This document shows positions 37,664 to 46,541 of a stretch of 64,000 bases of DNA, piece by piece. The notes below the pieces were generated by a model. It ran no database searches. It was not told the origin of the DNA and was given only the letters and a program-made list of their open reading frames with translations. The position numbers and the translations under genes were made by a program. Source of the DNA: an uncultured Candidatus Saccharibacteria bacterium (GTDB lineage: Bacteria; Patescibacteriota; Minisyncoccia; Phycocordibacterales; UBA9973); NCBI GenBank assembly GCA_964571085.1, contig CAZMZT010000002.1, positions 2,784 through 66,783 of the forward strand. Reading direction: 5' to 3'. How positions within the stretch are numbered: the stretch's first letter is position 1; the number at the start of each line of letters is the position of its first letter.

Positions 37664-38185
37664 TTAAGCGGATTTTTTGTATTCTACAAATGAGTAGGGG
37701 ATCTTGTTCGTGTCATCTTCTGCGTGGTCTTCTCTAGAAACTTCCTTCCAGATATCCTTATCTATTTCTGGGAATAGTGTGTCACCTTCAAAGTCTTGGT
37801 GAACTTCGGTGATGTAGAGTTTCTGGGCTTTATCGATAGCCTGCTTATATATTTCTCCGCCACCTATTACAAAGGCCTCTACTTCGTCCTGGTTCTCTTC
37901 AAACTCTTTGCCGTGCTCAAGTGTGATGAGCCGGATAGCTTCCTCGAGTGAGTTCACTACATCGATTCCATCCTTCATATAGCTTGCATCTCGAGTGATT
38001 ACTATGTTCTTGCGGTTAGGAAGTGGGCGACCGATGCTCTCATAAGTCTTCCTACCCATGATGACTGTATGACCGCTAGTAGTAGTCCGGAAGTGCTTCA
38101 TGTCTGTAGGCAAATCCCAGAGCAGAGTATTACCTCCACCTATGACTCTATTCTTTGCGACTGCAGATATAAGAGAGAGAATCAT
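37664..38185 (-). CDS. folA: Dihydrofolate reductase
   Basis: The N-terminus ...ISAVAKNRVIGGGNTLLWDLPTDMKHFRTTTSGHTVIMGRKTYESIG... is classic DHFR. It sits downstream of thyA. Confidence 0.9.
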   Translation of the reverse strand: MILSLISAVAKNRVIGGGNTLLWDLPTDMKHFRTTTSGHTVIMGRKTYESIGRPLPNRKNIVITRDASYMKDGIDVVNSLEEAIRLITLEHGKEFEENQDEVEAFVIGGGEIYKQAIDKAQKLYITEVHQDFEGDTLFPEIDKDIWKEVSREDHAEDDTNKIPYSFVEYKKSA

Positions 38186-38187
38186 AA

Positions 38188-39129
38188 TTATACGGCTATA
38201 GGCGCCTTTATAGAGTCGTGAGGGTTGTAATCGACAAGTTCAAAGTCTTCGATAGTAAAGTCTTCTACATTTTTCTTATCTCCATTTATCTTCATGGTTG
38301 GCATTGGGCGTATATCATCCTTGCGAGAAAGCTGGAGATCTGCTTGCTCTAGGTGATTGAGGTAAAGATGTGTGTCACCACCAGTCCATACAAATTCTCC
38401 TGGCTGGAGTCCCGTCACTTGTGCGATTATCATTGTTAGAAGTGCATAAGAAGCGATGTTGAATGGTACTCCTAAGAATGTATCACAACTCCGCTGATAT
38501 AGCTGGCATGAAAGTTTGCCATCAGCAACATAGAACTGGAAAAGACAGTGGCAAGGTGGAAGCCCAGCCTTAGCCATCTCGTCTATATCTGCTACATTCC
38601 AAGCGGACACTATAAGCCTACGAGAATCTGGAGAACTTTTTATCTGTTCGATTACATTTTTGAGCTGGTCGATATGCTCTCCATTCGGAGCTGGCCAATT
38701 ACGCCATTGGTATCCATATATAGGACCCAGGTTTCCATAATCTTTTGCAAAAGATTCATCTGTTTTTATCCTCTCAACAAATTCTTTTATCCCAGTATTC
38801 CATTCATCGCTACCAGTTTTTGGTACATGTATATTGTTTCTTATTAAATAAGATTTATAAGGCCACTCATCCCAAATGTGAACATTGTTGTCAGCAAGGT
38901 ATTTTAGATTTGTATCTCCACGGAGGAACCAGATCAGCTCGTGGATTATGGACTTGATAGGTAGCTTTTTAGTAGTAAGAAGAGGGAACCCTTTAGACAA
39001 GTCAAAACGCATTTGATGGCCTAGCAATGAAAGTGTACCAGTCCCAGTACGGTCAGTCTTTTTCACACCTTCGCGCTTTATACGCTCTATAAGGTCGAGA
39101 TAAATAAGGTCTACATGTTCTTCTTTCAT
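38188..39129 (-). CDS. thyA: Thymidylate synthase
   Basis: ...[12 protein letters not shown]... carries the catalytic Cys. The protein is 313 aa. Confidence 0.9.
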   Translation of the reverse strand: MKEEHVDLIYLDLIERIKREGVKKTDRTGTGTLSLLGHQMRFDLSKGFPLLTTKKLPIKSIIHELIWFLRGDTNLKYLADNNVHIWDEWPYKSYLIRNNIHVPKTGSDEWNTGIKEFVERIKTDESFAKDYGNLGPIYGYQWRNWPAPNGEHIDQLKNVIEQIKSSPDSRRLIVSAWNVADIDEMAKAGLPPCHCLFQFYVADGKLSCQLYQRSCDTFLGVPFNIASYALLTMIIAQVTGLQPGEFVWTGGDTHLYLNHLEQADLQLSRKDDIRPMPTMKINGDKKNVEDFTIEDFELVDYNPHDSIKAPIAV

Positions 39130-39233
39130 GACATCATTATACTCCCTTTTTCTTAAATTAAAAATTTGTAGAAAAAGCAGTCCTCGTGAGGGTAGTTTTT
39201 GATTTCTTGTTCAACATGCTAAAATCGTAGTAT

Positions 39234-40493
39234 ATGTATATCAAACTACAAGACGAAGAAATATTAAAAGCAATTGAAGGTGAGGCACTTCGTGAGGAAG
39301 ATGGACTTGAATTGATACCTTCTGAGAACTACGTGTCCATGGCTGTTCGTGAGGCCAATGGCTCTGTTTTTACAAACAAGTACTCTGAAGGCTACCCAGG
39401 CCGTCGCTACTATGGCGGACAGGACTTCACAGACGTAGTTGAGCGCCTAGCTATTGAGCGTGCATGCAAGCTATTTGATGCCAAGTATGCCAACGTCCAG
39501 CCACACTCTGGTGCACCAGCCAACCTCGCTGTATATTCTGCACTACTTGAACCAGGGGACACAGTGCTAGGCATGGACCTCTCTCACGGAGGCCACCTTA
39601 CTCATGGACACCCTATGACTCTACCTGCTAAAATCTACAACTTCGTCACTTACAAAATGAAAGACCCAGAGACTGGTGAGATAGACTACGAAGCCCTCCG
39701 CCAAGTAGCACTCGAGAAGAAGCCGAAAATAATTCTTGCAGGGTTCTCTGCATATCCACGTTCACTCGACTATCAGAAGTTTGTCGACATTGCGAAGGAA
39801 GTCGGCGCAATAACTATGGCTGACATGGCGCACATTGCTGGGCTCATCGCTGCAAAAGTTCTACCAAACCCGTTCGACTTTGGGTTCGACATCATTACTA
39901 CTACAACCCACAAGACTCTCCGTGGTCCACGCGGTGGGATGATACTCACTCGTGAGAGCGAGGAGATAGCCAAGAAGATCGACAAAGCCATCTTCCCAGG
40001 CATCCAAGGTGGCCCACACATGCACACTATCGCTGCGAAAGCTGTGGCATTTGGTGAAGCCCTCCGCCCTGAGTTTAAAGTTTATGCCGAGCAAGTTCTC
40101 AAGAATGCGAAAGCAATGGAGAAAGTATTGAAAGACGAAAGTGTGCGAATGATCGGAGGAGGGACAGATAACCACTTGATACTCGCCGACGTGTTCGGTT
40201 CGCTCGGAGTCACAGGTAAAGAAGCTCAGACAGTGCTAGATGAAGTAGGCATCACTCTCAACATGAACTCCATCGCTGGTGACACTCGTAAACCTCTAGA
40301 CCCATCTGGCATTCGCTTCGGCACCCCAGCCATAACTACCCGAGGATTTAAAGAAGATGACTGTGCAGAAGTTGCCAAGCTACTGATCGAAACCCTTCGC
40401 AACAAAGACAACGCAGACAAGAAAACTGAGATAAAATCCAAAGTAAAAGCCCTCGCCCACAAACATCCGATTCCTAAGAGTTTTATAGCATAA
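39234..40493 (+). CDS. glyA: Serine hydroxymethyltransferase
   Basis: ...[15 protein letters not shown]... is the PLP-binding Lys motif. The protein is 419 aa. Confidence 0.95.
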   Translation: MYIKLQDEEILKAIEGEALREEDGLELIPSENYVSMAVREANGSVFTNKYSEGYPGRRYYGGQDFTDVVERLAIERACKLFDAKYANVQPHSGAPANLAVYSALLEPGDTVLGMDLSHGGHLTHGHPMTLPAKIYNFVTYKMKDPETGEIDYEALRQVALEKKPKIILAGFSAYPRSLDYQKFVDIAKEVGAITMADMAHIAGLIAAKVLPNPFDFGFDIITTTTHKTLRGPRGGMILTRESEEIAKKIDKAIFPGIQGGPHMHTIAAKAVAFGEALRPEFKVYAEQVLKNAKAMEKVLKDESVRMIGGGTDNHLILADVFGSLGVTGKEAQTVLDEVGITLNMNSIAGDTRKPLDPSGIRFGTPAITTRGFKEDDCAEVAKLLIETLRNKDNADKKTEIKSKVKALAHKHPIPKSFIA

Positions 40494-40494
40494 T

Positions 40495-41145
40495 ATGCAA
40501 TTCAAGCCAGACAAACCAGCTAGCAATATAGAGAAGCAGAGCATTTGGAATGAATGGTCAAAAAAAGTCGAAAAAGTTACGGATGGCATAGGTTACCCAA
40601 TAGATCCAGGTATTAAAGACTCGGTGGTTGCTTTAAATGTTTTTGGTATTAAAACTGACGGTTCATGTGAAGGGCATCTAGATAGAGGACTGCCATATCC
40701 ATGGATAGATGTTCCAGTTATCTCTGATGAGTTGCGGGAAGAATTTTCAATAGCTCAAGAAAATATAGCCAAGAAAAAGTATTCTAACGAAGAAGAATTT
40801 AAAAAAGATGACCCCATAATGTATCAAAAAATGATGGAAATAAGAGCAAAACACCAAGAAGAAAGGAATAGAGTTAAAAGCAAGATTGATATACTTCTAA
40901 GTGAGTTCTATAATGAGCATACCCCTCATTCTACCGAATCCCAGATAATTCCTCATTATTCTCCAATGGGGTTTAGGGTCGAATTATATGGTAGCCGAGG
41001 ATTGGGTTTAGGGAATTGGAAAAAGTATGATGATAAAATTGGAAAATTATCACTTAAAGAAAAAGAAGTGTATCTAAAAAATAATCAAAGCGAGATGAAA
41101 GCTTTTACGGGATTTTTAAAAAATAAATTCTTGAATGAAAAATAA
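40495..41145 (+). CDS. Hypothetical protein
   Basis: 216-aa AT-rich ORF with no motifs recognized. Confidence 0.3.
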   Translation: MQFKPDKPASNIEKQSIWNEWSKKVEKVTDGIGYPIDPGIKDSVVALNVFGIKTDGSCEGHLDRGLPYPWIDVPVISDELREEFSIAQENIAKKKYSNEEEFKKDDPIMYQKMMEIRAKHQEERNRVKSKIDILLSEFYNEHTPHSTESQIIPHYSPMGFRVELYGSRGLGLGNWKKYDDKIGKLSLKEKEVYLKNNQSEMKAFTGFLKNKFLNEK

Positions 41146-41536
41146 TATGCCATTATTTAATGAAGGAAAAATGAATACACCAGAGTGGACACCAAGGATT
41201 ATTGAAACAGAGGGTGATTTTTGGGATGTTTTATATGATGCAAAGAACCAATTTTCTCAGATGCAATTTGCTGTGCACTTAAATACAAACAACGAAGAAG
41301 ATATAATAAAGCAAAACAACGAATTTACATATCTAAATTTTATTGACTACATAAAAACGCGCAATGAAACTCTATCTGAAAAAATTAAAAATCACAAAGG
41401 AGTGCAGGAAATGATAAAGGTCTATGATGGATTAATAGAAAGAGCTAGAAATGCTGACTCAAAAGAAAAGATGATGCAAATCGTGAAAGACAAAACAGAC
41501 TTTATAAAGAAGTACGATCTAGGGTTAGATAATTAA
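41135..41536 (+). CDS. Hypothetical protein
   Basis: 133-aa ORF. Confidence 0.3.
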   Translation: MKNNMPLFNEGKMNTPEWTPRIIETEGDFWDVLYDAKNQFSQMQFAVHLNTNNEEDIIKQNNEFTYLNFIDYIKTRNETLSEKIKNHKGVQEMIKVYDGLIERARNADSKEKMMQIVKDKTDFIKKYDLGLDN

Positions 41537-41537
41537 C

Positions 41538-42005
41538 ATGCCACATATCCATGAAAAAATTGATTTTACGGTAGAAGTATTCATTGTTTACAAAGACAAG
41601 GTCTTACTTCGTATGCATGATAAGTATGGTATCTGGTGCTCCGTAGGTGGGCATATAGAACTTGATGAAGATCCAATACAGGCTGCATATAGGGAAGTAA
41701 AGGAAGAAGTGGGTTTGGATGTAACTCTTGTAGGCAAGGATATACCTATACTTGAAAACGATAAGAATTTTGAAATCTTGATGCCACCGCAGTACTTTGG
41801 TCGCCATCGTGTCAGTGACACTCACGAGCACCTTGTGTCTGTTTACTTTGCTAGAGCTACTACTGACCAAGTTGCAGATTCAGAAAGCGAACATGAAAGG
41901 AGTGAGACACGTTGGGTGACAATGGAGGAACTCGACACCATGGATCTAGTTCCCAATATTAAATTCTATGCACAGGAAGCATTAAAGGAATTAGGAACCA
42001 AATAA
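41538..42005 (+). CDS. Nudix hydrolase
   Basis: The Nudix box is GGHIELDEDPIQAAYREVKEEVGL. Confidence 0.75.
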   Translation: MPHIHEKIDFTVEVFIVYKDKVLLRMHDKYGIWCSVGGHIELDEDPIQAAYREVKEEVGLDVTLVGKDIPILENDKNFEILMPPQYFGRHRVSDTHEHLVSVYFARATTDQVADSESEHERSETRWVTMEELDTMDLVPNIKFYAQEALKELGTK

Positions 42006-42007
42006 TT

Positions 42008-42415
42008 ATGAAGATATATTTTGCAGCATCAATACGAGGAGGTAGGGATGATCAAGGTCTATACCTTGAGATTGTTAGCTTGCTCAAGGATTATGGCGAA
42101 GTACTCACGGAGCATATTGCTGATGTGAAAATATCTCAAATGGGGGAGTCGGAAGCCAACGATTTTATATATGAAAGGGATATGGGCTGGCTCAAGGAGT
42201 CTGACATAGTGGTGGCTGAAGTTACCACTCCTTCACTTGGTGTTGGCTACGAGCTTGGGATTGCCGAGACATTGAAAAAGAAAGTCTTGTGTCTGTATCG
42301 CGAAAGCCCAGAGAGGTCATTGTCTGCTATGGTGCGAGGTAACAGTGCTTTCCAGGTGGAGAACTACAAGGAACTTGAAGATTTGAAAGAAATTTTTGAT
42401 AAACTTTTAAAATAA
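42008..42415 (+). CDS. Nucleoside 2-deoxyribosyltransferase / DNPH1 (Rcl)-like protein
   Basis: The ...PSLGVGYELGIAE... motif and its ~135-aa size match the Rcl/NDT fold family. Confidence 0.5.
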   Translation: MKIYFAASIRGGRDDQGLYLEIVSLLKDYGEVLTEHIADVKISQMGESEANDFIYERDMGWLKESDIVVAEVTTPSLGVGYELGIAETLKKKVLCLYRESPERSLSAMVRGNSAFQVENYKELEDLKEIFDKLLK

Positions 42416-42416
42416 T

Positions 42417-43115
42417 ATGAAGAAGAAAAAGGGTAAATTCATAGTTATAGATGGCACAGATGGGAGTGGCAAGGCTACTCAGGTGGATTTGCTGACCAAG
42501 AAGCTCAGGAAGGATGGCTACACTATCAAGAACGTCGACTTTCCAGAATACTACAAGAACTTTTTCGGCAAATTCATCGGCCACTGCCTTTCCGAGCAGT
42601 ACTACAACTTTGTAAAAGTGCATCCGAAAATTGCCTCAGTACTTTACGCGGGGGATAGGTTTGAGTCCAAGGAGCAGATCGAAAAGTGGCTTGCGAGTGG
42701 CTACGTAGTACTTGCGAACAGGTATGTGAGTGCAAACCAGATCCACCAAGGAGGCAAGATCAAGAACGCCAAGAAGCGCGCTGACTTTATAAAGTGGCTC
42801 GACGAGATGGAGTACAAAGTTTTCAAGATTCCTAGACCAGATGTGGTCTTCTACTTGGACCTACCTATTTCAATATCAAAAAAGCTCATGAAGGAGAGGA
42901 ACAAGAATTCATCGCGTTCATATCTGGGTACCAAGAAAGACGCACACGAGAAAGACACAGAGTTCCTCGAGAATTCTCGCAAGAGCGCTCTCTGGCTTAC
43001 TAAAACTCAAAGTTACTACAAGAAGGTGGACTGTGCAATAAAGAACTCAATTCGTAGTAGGGAAGATATACACGAGGAGATTTATAGGAAGGTAAAAGGG
43101 TTACTAAAAAAATAA
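42417..43115 (+). CDS. tmk: Thymidylate (dTMP) kinase-like P-loop kinase
   Basis: KFIVIDGTDGSGKATQ matches the tmk P-loop (IEGxDGxGKsT). It lies in the thymidylate cluster. Confidence 0.6.
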   Translation: MKKKKGKFIVIDGTDGSGKATQVDLLTKKLRKDGYTIKNVDFPEYYKNFFGKFIGHCLSEQYYNFVKVHPKIASVLYAGDRFESKEQIEKWLASGYVVLANRYVSANQIHQGGKIKNAKKRADFIKWLDEMEYKVFKIPRPDVVFYLDLPISISKKLMKERNKNSSRSYLGTKKDAHEKDTEFLENSRKSALWLTKTQSYYKKVDCAIKNSIRSREDIHEEIYRKVKGLLKK

Positions 43116-43422
43116 AAGGCATTATCTTTACGACAATGCCCTCCTCTTTCTGTTTAATTTTCTAGTTAATCTTTTTCGGGAGATTTTCCATCCCCCCTAC
43201 GTTTTTTGGTTTGGCCCACATTTTTCGGGCGCTTAGTACTGTTTGATTTGAAAACAGGTTTTACTCCCTGTCTGCGACGAGAGCCATTATTATTTTCTTT
43301 GAGCCTCTTTGGGCTTCCCATTCTGTCCATTGGTTTTAGTATTGGTGACTGCAAAAGACAAATCATTATCTTCTCTAGTCACCAATAAAACCTTTTCTAT
43401 ATTATATCATTTTTTAGTACTC

Positions 43423-44007
43423 ATGTCAAACAATAAACTCACCAATAAAATTATGGTATATTTACTAAGTATGATGATCCCAATAGTAAATGATCAAGAC
43501 GAAGTTATAGGAGAAGAAGAAAGGTCTATTGTTCATGAAAAAGGTATAAAGCATAGGGAAATCCACGTTTGGTTGGTGACTTCTAATAAAGAGTTCATAT
43601 TCCAAAAGAGAGGTTTGCAACAAGATACATGGCCTGGATTCCTGGATGTAACAGTTGGTGGGCATTTAGATACTGCTTCTGAAACATATCAAGAGGCCGC
43701 AGAGAGAGAGCTTTTTGAAGAGACAGGGGTCAAAGCTACAGTTCAATTTATAATGAAGGGATATTCAGAAAGATATGATCCAAATACAAAAAGCCAGAAC
43801 AATGCATTTCGCACAACTTTTGCAGTTAAATTTGAAGGAAGTATAGAAGACTTAAAAGTTGAAGATATAGCAGGTCTTGGGTTTGTTAAATTTTCTATCA
43901 ATGATTTGCATAATATGAAAGAGGAAGAAAAAGAAAAGTTCATCCCTAGGTTTCTTGAAGAATCATATTTTGATGTATACGAAAAGATTATAAATACTTT
44001 ATTCTAA
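43423..44007 (+). CDS. Nudix hydrolase
   Basis: The Nudix box is GGHLDTASETYQEAAERELFEETGV. The start is at MSNNKL. Confidence 0.7.
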   Translation: MSNNKLTNKIMVYLLSMMIPIVNDQDEVIGEEERSIVHEKGIKHREIHVWLVTSNKEFIFQKRGLQQDTWPGFLDVTVGGHLDTASETYQEAAERELFEETGVKATVQFIMKGYSERYDPNTKSQNNAFRTTFAVKFEGSIEDLKVEDIAGLGFVKFSINDLHNMKEEEKEKFIPRFLEESYFDVYEKIINTLF

Positions 44008-44430
44008 ATGAAAATCAAAGTTAAAAAACTAAAAGAAGGTGCAAAGTTGCCGACATACGCCCACCCAGGGGACATAGGGCTAGATCTGTACGCAATGGAA
44101 GACAAAGTACTAGCACCTATGGAGCACTACCGATTCTGGCATGGGTTTGCGCTCGAGTTCCCAGAAGGTTATGGTGCTATAATAATGGACAAGGGTAGTA
44201 TATCTAAAGCAGGGTTACACCACATGGGTGGAGTGTACGATGCTGGATATAGAGGTGAATACAACACTCTGCTTGTAAACTTGGGTACTGAGCCCTATGC
44301 CTTTGAGAAGGGTGACAAAGTATCTCAGCTAGTAGTAATGCCAATAGTGATAGCCGAACTTGAAGAGACAGATACACTGAGCGATTCATCGAGAGGTGAA
44401 GGTATGTTTGGGAGTACAGGGAAAAAGTAA
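44008..44430 (+). CDS. dut: dUTP diphosphatase
   Basis: ...AHPGDIGLDLYA..., ...GVYDAGYRGE... and the C-terminus ...RGEGMFGSTGK are dUTPase motifs. Confidence 0.85.
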   Translation: MKIKVKKLKEGAKLPTYAHPGDIGLDLYAMEDKVLAPMEHYRFWHGFALEFPEGYGAIIMDKGSISKAGLHHMGGVYDAGYRGEYNTLLVNLGTEPYAFEKGDKVSQLVVMPIVIAELEETDTLSDSSRGEGMFGSTGKK

Positions 44431-44431
44431 T

Positions 44432-46132
44432 ATGGATATTAAAGAAAAAATAGAGAATTTAATAAAAGATGCACTAAAAAATCTCAGCATAGAAGCTGAG
44501 GACATTGTCCTCGAGCATCCAGCGGACATAAAGAATGGTGATTATTCTACAAACGTCGCTCTTGCTTGCGCGAAGGTTGCGAAAGTTAACCCGCGAGAAC
44601 TCGCCGACAAGATAAAGGCAGAACTCGAGAAGGACTTGCCAGAAGATATTTCTAAAGTTGAAGTCGCAGGAGCAGGGTTTATCAACTTCTACTTGTCTCG
44701 AGAATTTTTTGCAAATGCTACGAAAGATATTCTCAAGCAAGGCGACAACTGGGGTAAAAATGATTTGCTTGCGGGTAAGAAAGTCATGGTTGAGTATACT
44801 CAGCCGAACCCTTTCAAGCCGTTCCATATAGGTCACCTTATGAGTAACGCTATCGGTGAATCAATATCTCGCGTAGTAGAGTTCTCCGGTGCCAACACCA
44901 TCCGCGCCAACTATCAGGGCGATGTAGGTCCACATGTGGCCAAAGCTATCTGGGGGATAATGAACTCAGGCGAGGTGTATGAAGACCAAGGTGCACTATG
45001 GGTAGGTCAGCAATACGCCAAGGGTTCTGATGCATATGACAACGATGAAGAAAAGAAGAAAGAAATCGATGCGATAAACAAGAAAGTATATGACAAGAGC
45101 GATGAAGATATAAATAAAATATATGAATGGGGGAGGAAAGTCACCCTCGATGCATTTGAGGAGATCTATAAAACTCTTGGCACAAAGTTCGACTACTATT
45201 TCTTTGAGTCAGAAATGGCTCCAATAGGTGAGAAGATTGTCCGAGAGAACCTTGGCAAAGTATTTGAAGAGTCCGACGGCGCAATAGTGTTCCATGCGGA
45301 CAAATACGACCCCAAGCTCCACACTCGAGTATTCATAACTTCTATGGGCATACCTCTGTATGAGACTAAAGAAGTTGGCCTCATAGTCACAAAGTTTGAG
45401 AAAGAGAATCCAGATATATCTATTATCACTACTGCTATCGAGCAGGGTGAATATATGAAGGTAGTGCAGAAAGCAGTGTCTCTCATCCACCCTGACTATG
45501 AATCGAGGATGAAGCACGTGACTCACGGCATGATGCGCCTAGCTACTGGCAAGATGTCTTCTCGTAAAGGTAATGTGGTCACTGGAGAATCTTTGCTGAC
45601 TGATTCTATGGATGTTGTCCGCGAGAAAGTAGCCGATAGAGAGTTGTCTGAAGAAGAAAAGGAAACAATTTCTAGGGTTGTCGGTGTGTCTGCACTCAAG
45701 TACTCTATACTTCGTTCATCTATTGGTTCAGACATTGTTTATGACTTCGACAAGTCTATATCATTTGAAGGTGACTCTGGTCCATATCTGCAATACACTG
45801 CAGTGCGTGCAAACTCTATACACAAGAAAGCCGAGGCAGAAGGAATATGTGTAGCATATAAAGATACACCAAGCGAGGTATCCAACCTTGAGCGATCATT
45901 GTATCAATTCCCTGAAGTCGTCGAGCGTGCGTACCTGTCACTAGAGCCTCACCACATCGCTACTTACCTGACAGAGCTCGCAAGCGCGTTCAATGCTTTC
46001 TATGCCAATACTCAGATAGTAAATAAATCTGATCCATATGCACCATACCGCGTAGCACTTGTAGAAGCTTTCTATCAGACTATGAAGAATGGCCTTTACC
46101 TTCTGGGTATCAAAACTCCAGAGAAGATGTAA
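44432..46132 (+). CDS. argS: Arginine--tRNA ligase
   Basis: PNPFKPFHIGHLMSNAIGE is the HIGH region. A C-terminal DALR-type anticodon-binding domain follows. The start is at MDIKEK (44432). Confidence 0.9.
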   Translation: MDIKEKIENLIKDALKNLSIEAEDIVLEHPADIKNGDYSTNVALACAKVAKVNPRELADKIKAELEKDLPEDISKVEVAGAGFINFYLSREFFANATKDILKQGDNWGKNDLLAGKKVMVEYTQPNPFKPFHIGHLMSNAIGESISRVVEFSGANTIRANYQGDVGPHVAKAIWGIMNSGEVYEDQGALWVGQQYAKGSDAYDNDEEKKKEIDAINKKVYDKSDEDINKIYEWGRKVTLDAFEEIYKTLGTKFDYYFFESEMAPIGEKIVRENLGKVFEESDGAIVFHADKYDPKLHTRVFITSMGIPLYETKEVGLIVTKFEKENPDISIITTAIEQGEYMKVVQKAVSLIHPDYESRMKHVTHGMMRLATGKMSSRKGNVVTGESLLTDSMDVVREKVADRELSEEEKETISRVVGVSALKYSILRSSIGSDIVYDFDKSISFEGDSGPYLQYTAVRANSIHKKAEAEGICVAYKDTPSEVSNLERSLYQFPEVVERAYLSLEPHHIATYLTELASAFNAFYANTQIVNKSDPYAPYRVALVEAFYQTMKNGLYLLGIKTPEKM

Positions 46133-46339
46133 AAAACCGCCTGCAATGCTAAGATTGCTGGCGGTAAAATTGAGCACATAATGTGTTTAGGTTGACTACA
46201 ACAAGTAGATACTAATACGCCGGAAGGCATGGCATATTAATTTGTAATCATTTTTATGTAGGATTCCCTGCAATTAGCCCAGACACACTGGAGAAGGTTC
46301 AATTTGAACTTTATATTACTTATTTATATTACAATTGCA

Positions 46340-46535
46340 AGTTTTGCAATAAGGTAATTTTTATAGTATCTTATATATATGCATTGAAGAGGCTATCACC
46401 TCGGAGCATTGGGAAGAAACCACACGGTGGGAGTAGAGCCCTATAAAATGAGAAGTAAGCAAGGTGGTACCACGAGAGAAACTCGTCCTTGTATAGCAAT
46501 TTTTATTGTTATACGAGGACGAGTTTTTTAGTTAT
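46340..46535 (+). promoter_or_regulatory. T-box riboswitch leader (Ile specifier) for ileS
   Basis: The T-box sequence AAGGTGGTACCACGAG lies at 46461..46476. A candidate specifier loop GGCUAUCACC has AUC followed by A at 46395..46398. The terminator hairpin CTCGTCCTTGTATA...TATACGAGGACGAG plus U-run is at 46481..46528. Confidence 0.6.
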
Positions 46536-46541
46536 AAAATT

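Noticed and set aside
46506-46541. ORF-track start of ileS at 46506 (MLYEDEFFSYKI...)
   Set aside because: These codons lie inside the T-box terminator stem-loop. The start was moved to the ATG at 46542 (MENNTKG...).
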